A DNA stretch of 64,000 bases, from positions 43,090,001 through 43,154,000 of the forward strand of contig CAIIXF020000001.1 of NCBI GenBank assembly GCA_903813345.2, in the 5' to 3' direction. The notes below the pieces were generated by a model. That model was not told where the DNA came from and searched no databases. It saw nothing but the letters and a program-made list of their open reading frames with translations. The position numbers were made by a program, and so were the translations under genes. Position 1 is the stretch's first letter; each line of letters opens with the position of its first letter. This DNA is from Owenia fusiformis. Its lineage: Eukaryota. Shown here piece by piece: positions 15,101 to 30,100 of the stretch.

Positions 15101-18100
15101 CAAGCTTGTTTAGTGTCTACATTATGAATTTTATGTGTTCATTGCACAAGAATTATTATTTTAATGTATTTTTTGTAAGACAATTCTTTGTGAAAATAAA
15201 TGTGCTCATTGACTTTCAAAAAACGCTTTTGACTTTTTCAGTATGTCAGAAGATGGCTTAGAAGGTGAAGAAACGACCGAAGCTGACGGTGAATTGCAAT
15301 TGATCACAGAATGCTGGGTGGAGCCTCAGTATGGAACTGTCGTCAACAGCACCCCCGAGAGATCCCACTTTGATGGCTTGTCATACAGAGATATCCCAAC
15401 AGCTGTAAGTTATTGGAATTTTTTTAAAGCAAAATTTTTATTGCACTTTTTTGCAATATTGTAACTGTTGATGATGTTTGGTCCAGGTAATTTTAGTGTC
15501 ATAATATTTGTCGTGGTTATGATTGAATGGGTGTATAGCGTATTGCCAGATTTTGATGAAGTTTTATGTCTCATATTACATAGATCATTCTTTAGATTAC
15601 ATATATGTGCTTTTATGCTTTTTGTTTTTTCACTTGCGTTTTTTTAGATACATGCAATATTTGAGATATGTTCATCATATATCTGATACGTGATTATTTT
15701 TCAACATTGTTCACATTCATCATATGGCACTCAGACACACAGACATGCACTTATTTTTACTATGTGTCATAAATATGTACCATCTCGAGTTTATTATGTC
15801 ACCACCAGAAGCTGTGACATATTGTTATAGTCTCCAAATGTTTTTTGGATGGTGTTTGCCGGTTGGTATTTGGTGGTTGGCAGTCAGCATCTGTAACATT
15901 GACATTTTGCATGTCAACACATTGTTGTTATCTCCACAAAAACAGAGTGTTCTGTATCTAGTGGCATCTTGATATAAAAACTGCCACATAAAACTGATCA
16001 TCATTTAAAGATATTTAGACTTGTAATTCATCATATGGAACACTTGATATAGCCTTGTACAGTGGTGACATCTTTATGTTGAATCAAAACATGTTGATTT
16101 TCATTGAACTCAGCCTTACCAATAGACTAGAGGTTCTAAATTAAGTCAAAATGATATTATATTTGAAATCTACTACATCTAGAAATGAGGTTTCAAAAAT
16201 TGTTAATCGACTTTAAAATTTTAGTTTTCTTTGTAAAACTGATTTCTAGGTCAGGTAGATTCTCCATAGAGCCCATGTTATAAAATCATGAAAAGTGAAA
16301 TATCTTTATTTGTAATGGGCATATTTTCAGTTGTGTAATTATCAAACTTGAAAAGGTTATATCAAAATAGATTGGAGTTGAGAGGAAACTTTTCCTGTAC
16401 CTGCCATGTTACTTGACCCAAATTAGCCATCTGGGGGTGAAACTGGCAACGACCTTCTGCCACCTTGGTAATTCTTGAACTGTTGATGAAGTGTCTGCAC
16501 TGTGCATGTATGTGCAATATGATTTCTAGGTTATTGAGTGGATTTCCCATAGAGCCCATGGTATAAAATCATGAAAATGAAAAATCTTCTTTATTAAATG
16601 GATCGTGCATTCTTTTTCTGGTCAGAATTATATGAAAATAATGGAACAGTATTGTGGAAGTAGAATTGGTAACTACCAACAGGGACGCACTAGATAACTG
16701 AATCGGTCTATTTTTCTCAAGAAATCTAGTTTGTTGCTTTAGAATATACAACTTATATATTTCATAAATTGTCTTATCTAGACTCTAGTTGAGTTATACA
16801 GCGTTATCTGTTTATTGACTGGACTTTGCACATGTGACTAGGATGATTTACAATGCTAGCTATATGACAATAAGTACATGTTTGATATTGGCATTGATTT
16901 TTATATTGCAAATATGCTAATGAAGAAATATTATAAGCTCCTGATTACCAAAGACCCTTTAGAGAAATGTGCTCATATACAGTATATGTTAAATAACTAT
17001 ACATACTGGTAGTATGTATTTAACCCACACTAATAAAGGGTAGAACCTGTGGGGCTTTAATATACTATGAAGGTTGAACCTGAAAGTGGTTTTCCCTTAC
17101 TCTATCAGAGTTCTATATGTATTGTTTCTACAGGCTGTATTGTTTTTACACAAAAAGTGCCACCAACATAGTGTTGTAAAACTTACTTTAGCACATTAAA
17201 TCTAGACTCCATGGAGTAGCTCCACAAGTAGATGTGCTTTCATGAGTGTTACAAGATGAGCTCTGAATGTTGTCCATTTCATAGCAGGTACATCTGGGTT
17301 CTACTGGCAGTTCCCTTTCGAGTGGCCACCACATTCGTATTACATGAACCATACAGATTTTTATCTCTACCCTAAAACAATAGAAGGCCCGAAGAGAGAG
17401 ATCACCATAAAGACCAGGGCCATTTCAATGGAATAATATGTTAGGATTGTCAATAGTAGAATCAAGTAGAATCCAGGTGTGGACAACATCTAGTTAAGCC
17501 AGTCATCCGAGACTTCTTTTGGAACTGCTCCATGGAGTCTAGTTTTAATGTGCTGAAGAACAACTCAGAATTCAGGCAGACAAAAAGTAATGCTACGTTT
17601 TGTGAGTGGCATTTTTTCTGTCACCCTGCACATTTGATCTACCAATGAATGGGCCTTATACATTTTCAATAAACATGGCCTTATACATGTTTTATACATG
17701 TACAGCTTCTATAAACATGGCATTGACATTGATAGGTCATTTTAGGAATTTACGAGTTCTTACACCTTTTAAAAACATGAAGTGAATTTGATAAACCATT
17801 TACATGATGTGACCTCTTTTACTCGTGCTGTACTTTGCCTAGAAGGTCCTAAAACCTTATCTTGTTAGACTTTCTCCTAAATAGATTACATTATATACCA
17901 CATATAGCTATGATATTCCCATAAATGTGAATTGGGTCTATGGTATAACATCCATAATATTATTTTTTACAAAGGACAAGGAAGTTTTAAATTTTTTCAC
18001 ATTGACTGCAGCGCTTTCTGAGAATACACATATTGACCCCATCCCAGGCTGAATTATTTTGAACAGAATGTTTAGAAGTATAGGTTAAGTGTGTTTGATA

Positions 18101-21100
18101 AACGTAAATCTTTGTAGAGGATGTATTGTGAATTTAAAATGAATACATTCTGTGTTTGTGTTCTGTGCTTGTTTTTCAACACCCACAGTCCCATTTTCAA
18201 CTTAAGTGCAAGGTTAGAGGTTTGTTTTTATTGGTATAATAATATAATATACTATGTACTTTATTAAATAGGAAGGAACACTATGACCTGAGTATACAAA
18301 GTTGTACACATATAGCTTGATTTGTTTTTATGTACCATTACCACCACAAGTGGCGACATATTGTTATAGTGTCCAACTTTTTTGTGGAGTTTTTTGGCAT
18401 TCAGAGTTCGGTGGTTGACTTTTGGTGTTCGGTGTCTGTAACAAATGGCAGGTGGTGACATTTTGCAAGTTAATGCCTTGTATGAGTGTGCATAAATCCA
18501 GGTTCTTGATGGACATTTGTAACATACATTTTAGGCTTGTAAAATGTCAGTTTTTTACCCCCTACCCCCATAATAAAATTACTTTTACTTAAAAACTTTT
18601 GATGTTGTTTTACTTATATGATGAATAACAATTAAAAACAGTCCTTAAAGATGGGTTGATCTGTAGTTGGCCAATAATCATTACAGAACATTGGCCATAT
18701 ATATTGGGAATTCGAATATGTGTTGTGTGATTTGATTGGAAGATCCTTAAACAATTGTTTGTGTGAAAGTCGAATTGAACAAAACTTTTAGAACCTGCCA
18801 GAATTCTTTGTCATTTTATGGTTGATAGAGTAAGTTTTGATTCTTGGTTGTATGTTTCTTGGTAGTCTATATTTATACCTTGAACAAAGTGATCTTTTTG
18901 GTCAACATGACATGACAAGGCTTGATATACATTTTGTGAACATATATGCACCCTTACAATATAACTCAATAGTTCTTAAAGAATCTTAATTTCTGTGTTG
19001 GTCCCTTCAGTATGTGCCTTTCATTTATTCTCACAGAAATACTTTTGCAAAGGGCACAAAGAAGAGACATAAGCTGCGAAAGAAGTTTAAATCTTTCAGA
19101 CACTGTTCTTGATGTGATCTGTTCTTAATTTTCTGATTCCTGTTTTGAACATATTTGTCAACCTTGCTGATGTAAGGGGACCTCTCTTTTTGAGATAATG
19201 GGAAAAAGTTGATGTGCATACTTTATTGTGGCATTTTATGATCTTAACAACACTTGACAACAACCTTCGTCCTTCATACATGTTATATGTGGAAGGAGTC
19301 ACTGATGTTCATGGATATAATAAAGGAGTTTCATACCAATGATTTTGGTACCTTGAACTATTGTCATTGTACCTTCATTTATTTCATATGTTTGTCTTTG
19401 GTTAAACAATAGAACAGTTATTTTCTTATCACCTTTTACAAGTCACATGGCATGTAATCTGTCTTCTGGTCAACATTGCGTAAGATAACGCTATCTTCTA
19501 GACCCCATTATGTCTTTATCTCTCTCCACTCTAAGTCAGTAAATCTTGTAAAATGTTTATGACAATTGTGAAAAGTTAGGTCAACATGGTCTATGTAGGT
19601 GTACAGTCAGTCATACATGTATGTACATGTATATGAGCTACTGTTTTATGACACTTAATAACGTGTTAATCCAATACTGTAGATCAGAATTTAGAAAATG
19701 TAAAAGTCTGTAACCATTGTAAATTGTATATGAGCTCCTATTTTATGACACTCGGGATACTGCAATGTGTTAATCCAGTACTGTAAACAAAAATTACAAA
19801 ACTAAAAAAGGAAGCTCCAGTACTATTTACTTTATGTTGTTAATTGTCTTACAGTTAGGTCACTGTTTTTGAATTCAGACTTAGCAATACTAGTTCAAAT
19901 TTAGTTAGACATTGAGTTAGATATTCAAGAGCATCTTGTTTAATTTGCTCTTCATTAGGCAATGTGTTCTTTGATTTTGATATAGTTATGCAAAGTTTTC
20001 TGGTAAAATATTGTATAACTAAATATACTTGAGAGATCAAGGCTAAAACAGTTCATGAAATAATCACCTGACGCAAGTGCAAAAACCTTTTGGTCATCTT
20101 TATGAATGACATGGAAATTATGGTTGTTGAAAAAAACAGAGCATCTAGCCCATCACAGGACTCAAACTTAAAACTACCACTATCTTCATTAAAGTTAATT
20201 ATTTGGGTTCAGTGATTTTACATGCATGATAAATTAAGATTATTCATTGAGTAATTAAATCCATTTTTCAGAATATTCATGTGTTCATATCTCTTGTGTG
20301 AATATTAATGTACATGTACTATGCAAAAGCCTTTCACCACCATATATACAGTACATACATGTATATATACTCCCTACAATCTCAAAAAAGGAAGGAATCT
20401 GTATATTAAAATATTCAATTCAAAAAGAGCATAAAAAGGTGACATTAATAGCATTGACTCCATTATTGTATCTCATATCAATTTAGTGATCAGTTTAAAT
20501 ACATTTGCAATTTAACTTGAACTTTTGTTGTGACAAAGACATGTTATAAGTTACCATGACAACAAATTAGGAGACATAAGGACTTGTAATGTTTTTGTAA
20601 CATGTTGCTCTTAATTTTGTCAGAATTCATAGTTGTTAAATTACTTCCTCCATTTAATTCTTAGAATCAAAGTAAAGTTGACTACAGTTCTTAAAGTGCT
20701 AGTTTTTGCAATGTCATGATTGCTGTTGAACTGCTCTCTACAAACAAGGAAATAGAAATGTCAAAAATAAATTTTTTATTCGTCACTTAATTCCCCATTT
20801 GTGTATGATTCGTGAATAACTTGTATGTCATGTACCAATATAATGTTAGCAGAGAAAGTGAATGGAAATGGAACCATCATTTTAAGAAATAAAGGTATGA
20901 TTATGATAATTATTTTGGCAAAATTTGATTAGATTAACTACAGAGAAAAATTAACATATATGGACTTTGAAAAACTTTTTGAGTGCAATTCATAAGAAGA
21001 AACTAAATACTGTAAAACATGTTGATTTCACATGTTTGTCTTGCTAATGTCTGCTTTTTTCTGATTCATGAATTTTAGAAATGAGAAATTAATAAATTTT

Positions 21101-24100
21101 ATAATGGATAAAATTCTGAAATTGTGATTTTATCAATACGTAAATTCTTGGTTATTTTGAATAAGTGAAAAATAGCATGCTTGATTTCAAAATGTTTTAC
21201 AGTAATGTAACTGTAATACCACAGGTGTTTCTATATAGAATCCCTTAATAATGACGTTGTATTTGTCTTATGGAGAAAATATGTAGAAGAATGTTTAATA
21301 TTGAATCACATATTCTTACAAGTGAAGGTATGTCTTGTGATTTGCAGATATATTGCCCAGAAAATATGATGAACTCATGAGGAAGTAATCAAATAGAAAA
21401 TGATATAAGAAAAAAACAATATCTTGACTCATCATGGATTGAAAATGGCTTAAAATGGCATGCTCTATTAATGAGCAGATAATTCCAAAAAGAGACCAGT
21501 CAGTGAAAAAGCTAATATCAATATTTGAAGAAAAATTTAAAGACAAAGCGGTAACTGGTCGTCAAAAGGAATATGACGAAATATCGAAAGAAGATAAACA
21601 ATTGAGAGACACCTCTATTAATACTCCAACAATTGTCAAGCAAACAACCATCAACTACAATACTACAATTATTGGAGAAACTGTTAATGTTGGTATTGGC
21701 CAAACTAAGGAGTCAGATATTGACAGTGGTTTTGTATTAGCTAATGAAACTCCGTCTGGTGACAGTAATGAAGAACACAACTTTAAAACATCACATGTAG
21801 AGAAAAAATTGGATGAATTCAAAGGAGCAGATGGTGTCATATTAAGGAATAAAAGAGATGACAAGGTTGTAAGAGAGGAGCTGAGTCGTTCTGAACCACC
21901 TCTGACTGATGTTGATTCAACTGAACTTGGTAGAAAAACAACAAATTCAAATGTTGATGATGAAATAGCCCTTGGCAGACGGAAGATTTTGATTGCTATG
22001 TCAATATTGCGTGATAAAAAGGAAAAAGAAAAGGAAAAAACAAAAAACAAACCCTTTAAATTGTTTGGATCTCTGTTAAAAAAATCCAATCCATAAAATG
22101 AATTAGAAAAATAGAATAAAATAACAAGAATTATATACTAGGATAAAGGTGAGTGCATTTGTGATGCCTTTCGGAGCAACGAGCGTAGAATTTAACAATA
22201 TTGAAGGGCCTATCATTATTCATCCCGAATCAAACATAAACGATGAAACATTGATCAGAGAATTGGGGATTGAGGTCCATGAAATAACCAAACTTGCTGT
22301 TATTTTCGCCATTTATAGGGATGATGTCAATGTACAAGATTATAGATTCCCAGATGATTGAAAAGATGCATGGTTCTTCATGTATGCAGAATTAGAGCAC
22401 AGTTATGCTGTATTCTGATTGGATGAGAAATTCAATTAGAGAACGGTCATGTTTGAAAAAACTATAAAAGGTTAATACCATACAGATCTGATTGTTTGTC
22501 AGTTGAATTTTGCTTTAAAAACATTTTATTTGTGTACAAATGGAACAGTTATAGTAAAATTAAGCTATTTACCATCACTATTTATTATAGACATATACTG
22601 ATCTTGAAAGACTAAAATGATTAACTTAAAAAAAACTGTTCTTAGACAATGCTATGCAGTGAGAGACTTAGAATTGATATGATGCAATGCAGATATGGCT
22701 AGCCTTGCCCAAGTCGGTCTCTTTTACTTATGTTGATTTCTATTATGACCGCCTTGTACCAATGAGAAAGCCACGTGCTAAACCGACTCATTGTTTATGT
22801 CGGTAAATTTGACCAATCAACGACGGTCCTGCAGCATTAGCTCATTATTATGCACGATCAAGACAAATACACTTTTCACGAACAAATCCTCCGGCAAATG
22901 TTGCACAATTCATCATGAAAATACAAATATTTTGTCAGATAAATATCAATCAGAGTTTAGTGGATGCATCGATCGAATACCCAGAGGTGAGAAGATTTCA
23001 ACAAGAAACGTTGAAAAGATAGTAATTCGTAGATGGGTAGTTTGCTTTGTTTAGGTGGGTAAACCTGAAAACGTTTTGATTGGTCAATCAGCCTGAAGTC
23101 ACACGTTGTGTCCATGCTATCTTGCCAAACAATAAGGTTTCGCGATACCCCTGACAGTGTAGGTATTATGGAAATCTCGAAACCACTGAATAACTTATAA
23201 CATCAGCGATGATGCATTAGATTGTACAAGGCGGTAATAATTCAAGATCAGGAAAAGTAAAAAATAACCGACTTGGGCAAGGCTAAGATATGGCCAGTAT
23301 TGTTATCCCATCGAACGAAGTTTGGAGGGATATAGGGAACGCCTCCATCCGTCCGTCCGTACGTCCATCCGTCCGTCCGTATGTCCGTCCGTCCGGGCAA
23401 TAACTCAAATACCGTTGGTCTGATTTTGTTCATATTTTGTACACATATACCCTATGGGAAAGAAGTTCTACTCGAAAGCCGATTTTTAAAATGGCCACTC
23501 ATTTAAAAATGGCAGCCATTTTAGTGCCGATTTTACGGTACTTTAGGTGCAATAAGTAAAACTGTAATAGCAATATGTTTTAAATGTAAAAATATTATAT
23601 AGGACGCTAATAAACCTAGAAATGTAGATATTAAAGAAACACATGGCAGCCATCTTGAAAAAAGGCGGCCTTTACTCGTTATTTTACGATTTTTTTTACT
23701 ATAGCTCGAAAAGTAGTGGAGGGATTTTGTTCATATTTGGTATGTGAATACTATAAGCATGGCACACTGTCTAATGACACTTTTGGTACAAGGCGGCCAT
23801 TTTGAAAAATGGCCACCATTTAAACGTATTTTACTATTACTCGAAAAGTAGTGGAGCAATTTTGTTCATATTTGGCATGTGAATACTATAAGCATGACAC
23901 ACTGTCTAATGACACTTTTGGTAGAAGGTGGCCATTTTGAAAAATGGCTGCCATTTTTTCTATATACTTTGTTTGTAAATATGCCAGCCATGGCTGTTCA
24001 ATGGGATTTGCTACGCTTTGGCGTTGCTGTTGTCTAGTTGATTTAGGGCATTGGTAAATAAACTATAAACACTATTCCAGTAATGTTCCAGTATGAATGT

Positions 24101-27100
24101 GCATGAACATTTTAGACATCAAATGAATTTTAATGTGGTAGTGATGTGTACAAAGTAATATTTATTCTGAAGAAACAGCATATTTATGTGTATAATAATG
24201 CAATACTGATAAAGAAACTCACCAATTATGTCAACATTTATAGATGCAGTATTGTTTTATTCCTTTTTGAAAATATACAAAACAGTATTCATTGGTGTGC
24301 AATGAATCTTGCTCATTTTCATGTCACCACCAAAAGTGTTGACATATTGTCTCTATTTTTGTGACGGCGGTTGGCATCGTGCAGTCAGCATCTGTAACTA
24401 TAACAAATGACATGTGGTGAAATTTTGAATGTTAATGCCTTGTTTACAATTGTTGCCAGCTGAGCTGTCAATGTTAGACATGAAATGTTTATTGTGTTCA
24501 TATTTTCTTTGTATTGGATAGTTCTCATGAGACAATGAGAAGTTAAATTTCGTATCTCATATTAGTAAGAAAATAATAATGTAAATAATAAATTTGTTTC
24601 CCTTACATATGTACCACTTACCTGAAATATACTACATGTTTTTACAGATAGTCAAGTATTTTATTCAAGAGTTCAAGGAATCTAATGGTAAATTGTTAGG
24701 CCATGTATTAATTAAATGTTTAGATTTTTGTATAAAGCAAGTTATGAGGTAATATACTCTATAAACAGAGGTTATTTGATGGGAGGGGTGGAATATGAAT
24801 ATGATATTTTCCGAGGCCAGTATCATATTTTCTCGGGGAAAAAATTCATATTTCATCACAACCATCAATAATCTATTTATTCCATAATGTTTTTTCTGAA
24901 CTTGTTCATTTTCCTGTCCTGTTTTGACTGTCATCACCCAATGATGCCGACATACAATGATACAATACCAGTTATCATTTATCATTTTCAACTTTAATGA
25001 ACAAGTTTTAAAATAGAACGAACAAAATCAAAATAAATCCGTAGGAAAAGTTCTAATACAGTATCTGATATTGGATTTTGGCTGATATGGGATTCAATAT
25101 AAATCCAAAACATGTTATTATGGAATAAATCACAGTATTTGAATTTATTACAGGGTGACCTAAAAAATTGAACTTTTCAATGGTGTAAATGGTGTTTTGA
25201 AATGGTGATATACGAGGGTTGCTTCAAAAGTTCTGCACCGCTTGATCTAAAAATCTCAATAAAAATACCCTGCTGTCACGGTGCTATGGTAACAAGACTC
25301 CTGTGTTACTGGAGTTGTTAGTTGTCATGGTGCTATGGTAACAAGATTCCTGTGACCAAATTCATGGCTTATTTTTACACAAAATAAAACTACTATTCAT
25401 GGGGTGGCTGAGGCCAAATATGAAAAATATTTATAGACTATTGAGATTTTTAGAGCAAAGGGTGCAGAACTTTTGAATCAATCCTCCTTCAAGTACTAAT
25501 GATTAGCATCAATGACTGAGATTTAGAAAAAATCTTGTTCTCCATCGTGCCAATTCACCAAAAAGCAAGTTATGTGTCTTAGTCTTTATTTATGTTTCAA
25601 AAAAGAGCAAGAATTACTAGGTCAGCATAAATCTTCTGCAAAAATGAAGATCAAGAACTATACAAGTTGTAGAACATTGAGAAAAGTTGGTTAGAAGCCC
25701 ACAAGCAGTTCTTCCTCTGTTAGATGAGGTTTATGTAGACATTGATCCACATCGCAATATTTTATACAGACAAAAATAGGATTTAGTTATTGTTAACTAA
25801 TCTGATGGCCACTTTGAGGCATCAAGGAGTATTGCTTGTGAATGATATTCCCTAAATAAAACAAAATGTTTGTATAGGATCTTTCATTCTATTAGGATAT
25901 GCAATTCATTTACTTTTAGGGCATTTGTTATATTATGTTTTATTATCGAACTGTAAGACTGACTATTATAAATAAATAAATAAATAAACTAAACTATATT
26001 CTATTTTATATTCTGCTGTTGTCTTCTATGGAAGGGGAACTTTTGTTAAACTAAGTTTCACTACTACTATATTTCACGAGGCTTGCTTTATTTTATGTCT
26101 CTTGATTTTCATTATATCTGTCCTTTTTACTCAACAGTCATTAAACACTTTTGAACCATGGACTCATTTTCTCAAAATCTTTGTTTATAGCCATATACAT
26201 GTACTTTTGTTAGTGACCTTTTTATTTTTACTTTTTGTGGGAATGACTCATTTGCGCCAAGATCTCTATCTTTATGGCTACTCCCAATTCTGTATATTCC
26301 AAAATGGCTACCATGCAAGTACGCTGATGTGAAAATGTCATAATTATTGTATGCAGAAAATATATTTGATCGGGATTTTGTTGCTCCCTTTTCCAAATCT
26401 TTGTTAACCCTTTTAGAGGTGGGCCAGATTTACCTCTATAAATTATCAAGACTGCAACATAATCATCTACATGATTGTTTACTTCAGTGCCAGCATGGGC
26501 ATAGCGCTATATTTCTAAGTAGTACGCCACCACGGGAACAGGAGTTGAGTAAGGCAATAAACGAGCATTTAGGGGGTCTGGGCAGGAAAGTTTTGAAATT
26601 TACTTGTATTTAGAGCAGTTGCAACCATCTGGTACGCCTGTGTGTACCGGGCGCTACGCCTATGGCCAGTGTACAATCCATTAGTTTGTACCATCAATTT
26701 TTTTTGTATATAGCACTATTTCTTCATTTTGAACATTTCAATTCAACAGAAAATAAGTTGACTGCGATAATTGTCAAGTATATTTCAAGATTGAGTTTTT
26801 AAGTATGACTTCAAGCATATATTATATTCTTAAAACAATGATATCAGATATTATTATGACAAATAAGAAACCTATTAGTAATTGATTTAAAGATGACTCA
26901 TCTTAAAAAGAATAAATATATCTGGCCTGATTATCATATTTGCTAGGTATAAAAATCTGTTGAAGCTGGTATACATGTTCACATGTTTTTGTACCTGGGT
27001 TAAAATCAGTTCTTCTTATTCACATAGGAAGTGTTCCTAATAGATCATTGCCTTGAATATTGGGTACTTATCTTGACATTCATCATCTTTAGAAGAAAGC

Positions 27101-30100
27101 GTCATTGAATTACCAAATTTTGGTGACTCATAATCTCTATAAATTAAAGTTCTAATAATATGAAACAGGAAGCGATGATATGGTTTTGGCAAACAGGAAC
27201 ATTTTTAATGGGAGTAAGACCGTTTTGAATAATGAGAAATGAAATATATTAAATAAAATAGTTATATTGAAGTAATAGTATGTGTCACGTTCTCGAGTGG
27301 ATTTTTATTTTGTTTGCAGTAGATTTATCAACTCCTATTTCAATCAAAGATGCCTCATTCATAAACATGGAAACAATAGGTTTGAAAACTTTGTAAACTA
27401 TGGCAAACTCAATGGATGAAAACTATGCAAATGCAGATTTGAAAAAGAAAGAAACTCATCAAATTGACACTAGTAAAAATACGATCACCATAAAAGCGGA
27501 GAATGTCTACATTTCGGGCAATAAGCATAATATTAGCTCATCTTCTTGTATAAGTATACATTGTGGAGATAGCGAATCAAACTCTGAGTTTGTATTAGAG
27601 AGTAGTGATATATCTGATGACAAAAATGATGACACGATAAATTTCTGTCAGCCACAATTTAAAGAACCACTAAGTCGTTCGACCTTTTATGTGCCAACTC
27701 CAAATGAGGACATAGTTCAGTTAAGGTTGGATGGCATCCCAAAGACTAAAAGAACAGATATAGCGAAATCAGATCCTCTTCCCAAAAAGTCTGCTTGTGA
27801 ACATGTCCCTAGTGCTAGACCAGCAAGCTCTCCTAGTGGATTGATTACCAAGGTTAAGAGTGTAGTGCATGGGAAAAGTGGCTATAAACAAATGGATAAA
27901 TAAAAAGTCTCATTTTATGCCAATAAACTAAGACTGAAAAGTATCCTATTTATGGAGGTGTTCTTCTTGGAAACATACGAAACGTACATATTATACTATG
28001 CATAAGGGTCATAAGGTGACGTTTAAAGACTGAACACAAGAACTTTACTCTGAATAACTTGAAATGATAGGTGGATTGTATTTAGAAGGCCAGTGACAGA
28101 TGAAAAATACACAAGTGGTCTACTTGAATTATTGTATTTTAAATACATCTTCTGAAGGGATGATATATTCTGTATTTTATGAGAAATCATTGGATAATGT
28201 AATTTTATAGTACTATACTATGTTCTTAGAATCTTTATCTGTAATAGTGGTATATCGATAAATAAATTGGATTTATCAATTGTGGCTGATGGACGGATAC
28301 AATACAGAGAAGCATGTAACATTTTACATCTCAAAACTTGTCTGTCCTTATCAATGAAATCAATGCATGGCATGTTTTTAAGGATGTGTCTAGATCATGA
28401 ACTATACTCAACATACTCGAATGACATACTGGCCAATATTCATATGAACATCATATTCTATATTAGGGGCCTACTACTTCTATGTGATCATATAGCATCA
28501 GATATTCAATATTGAAAAAGTGTGATAAAAAGAACCGTATAAGGAGTTTACTTATATAGTATACACGGAAGTTTTATATTTCAATAAAATTATAATAGAT
28601 TTATAAAATGTTTTAGAACATATAGACTGTTTTGTTATTATCCCATGAGATGGATATAGAGAAGCCATCCATCTGTCTGTCCATTCATTTATTCATCTGT
28701 CCGGGTGATAACTCAAACTCAGTTGACAGTTTTGGTTAAAGAGTTCGAGTTGGGATATAGAAAAATGAAAAAGCAGTCATAGATTTTGGTTAATGTCTTA
28801 TGGGCAAAGGATCTCTGCTCATGAAGGCATTTTCAATATGGCTTCTCATTTCAAAATGGCCATAATTTTTCGTAAAAACTAATCTTAGATAACTCAAATA
28901 TCGCTTGATAGATTTGGTTCAAATTTTTATATGCCACTGCCTCTGCTCAAGAAGGAAATTTCATGAAAGCTGTTCATTTAAAAGTGGCCGCCATTGTTCA
29001 TGATAAAAATGTAATATTTAATAACTCAAATTCCAGTTGATGGATTTATTTGAGATTTTATACGCTGATGCCATAGGGACATATCAATCTGCTCAAGAAG
29101 GTATTTCCATGGTGACTGCTGAATTCAAAGTGGTTGCCATTTCTCAGGAAAAATCTCCCTAGACAATTTACCTGGTAACATAAATACCACTTTGATTTGT
29201 TCTAAATATTATACCCCAATGCCTTATGATCATAAGACTTCTACTAGAGAAAGAATTTATAGTATGGAATCAGGTCACTTCATCATTGTAGATTTTGCAG
29301 AAATAAAATTACTCTACTGCTTCCTGGTTATTTTTCTATTCTGGTATGTTTATTGAGGGAATTGATAATATATTGTTCGGTGGGATTTGCTACTCTGGGA
29401 GGCTGCTGTTTTCTAGTAAACACTTCAACTCAAACGAGAGCACTATTTGAGTGGATTGACTGGTTTTGCTGTTGATTTGCTGAAGACAGGGTTCTTTCCT
29501 TACATCTATATCATCACGTGTGTGAGAAAGTATGAAGTCAAATAGAGTAGTAGTACCATATGAGTGCCATATTATTTTACAATCAGGTGTTTTTATTTAT
29601 TGAGATTTGTCCCTGTAAGAGGTGTACCATTGGCAGGTTTTACTGTACAAGGAAGTAATAAACTATAATTATACTATGAATTTGCAAAAATCTTGTCGAC
29701 ATTTACTGTTACGCTAGAGTAGTACGAGACATACAATACCAAAGATGTTTTTGCTGTAGAAATTTATTCATATAAGAAAATAGAATCTGTACAAGAAATA
29801 TCACAAAGATATGCAACATGTAGCTATAATGTAGTAATTGTGATATCACATATCAAATGAGAATTACAATTATAATTCATTCTAAATATAGAAGATAATA
29901 AAAGGCTTTCTTTGAATATGTTTGTTCTGTATTTAATTACATAACTTATGGAAAGGCTAATGTTTTTAAACAACCTATTTATATAGATCTGATGATGTTC
30001 CAACAACCTTCACCAATTATAAATAATTAAGATTTACAGGAACTCACTAATCTCTGATCTACTGACCGACCTGATGAATCTGTTATATTACGAGTCATTC

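Noticed and set aside
21655..22089. Antisense shadow ORFs (also 30456-33268 on +, 46178-46459, 55403-56360)
   Set aside because: Opposite-strand shadows of real coding regions.
22484..22491. miR-750 8mer seed site (AGATCTGA) downstream of ORF A/B
   Set aside because: A single site is expected by chance in a window this size, and the UTR is unproven.
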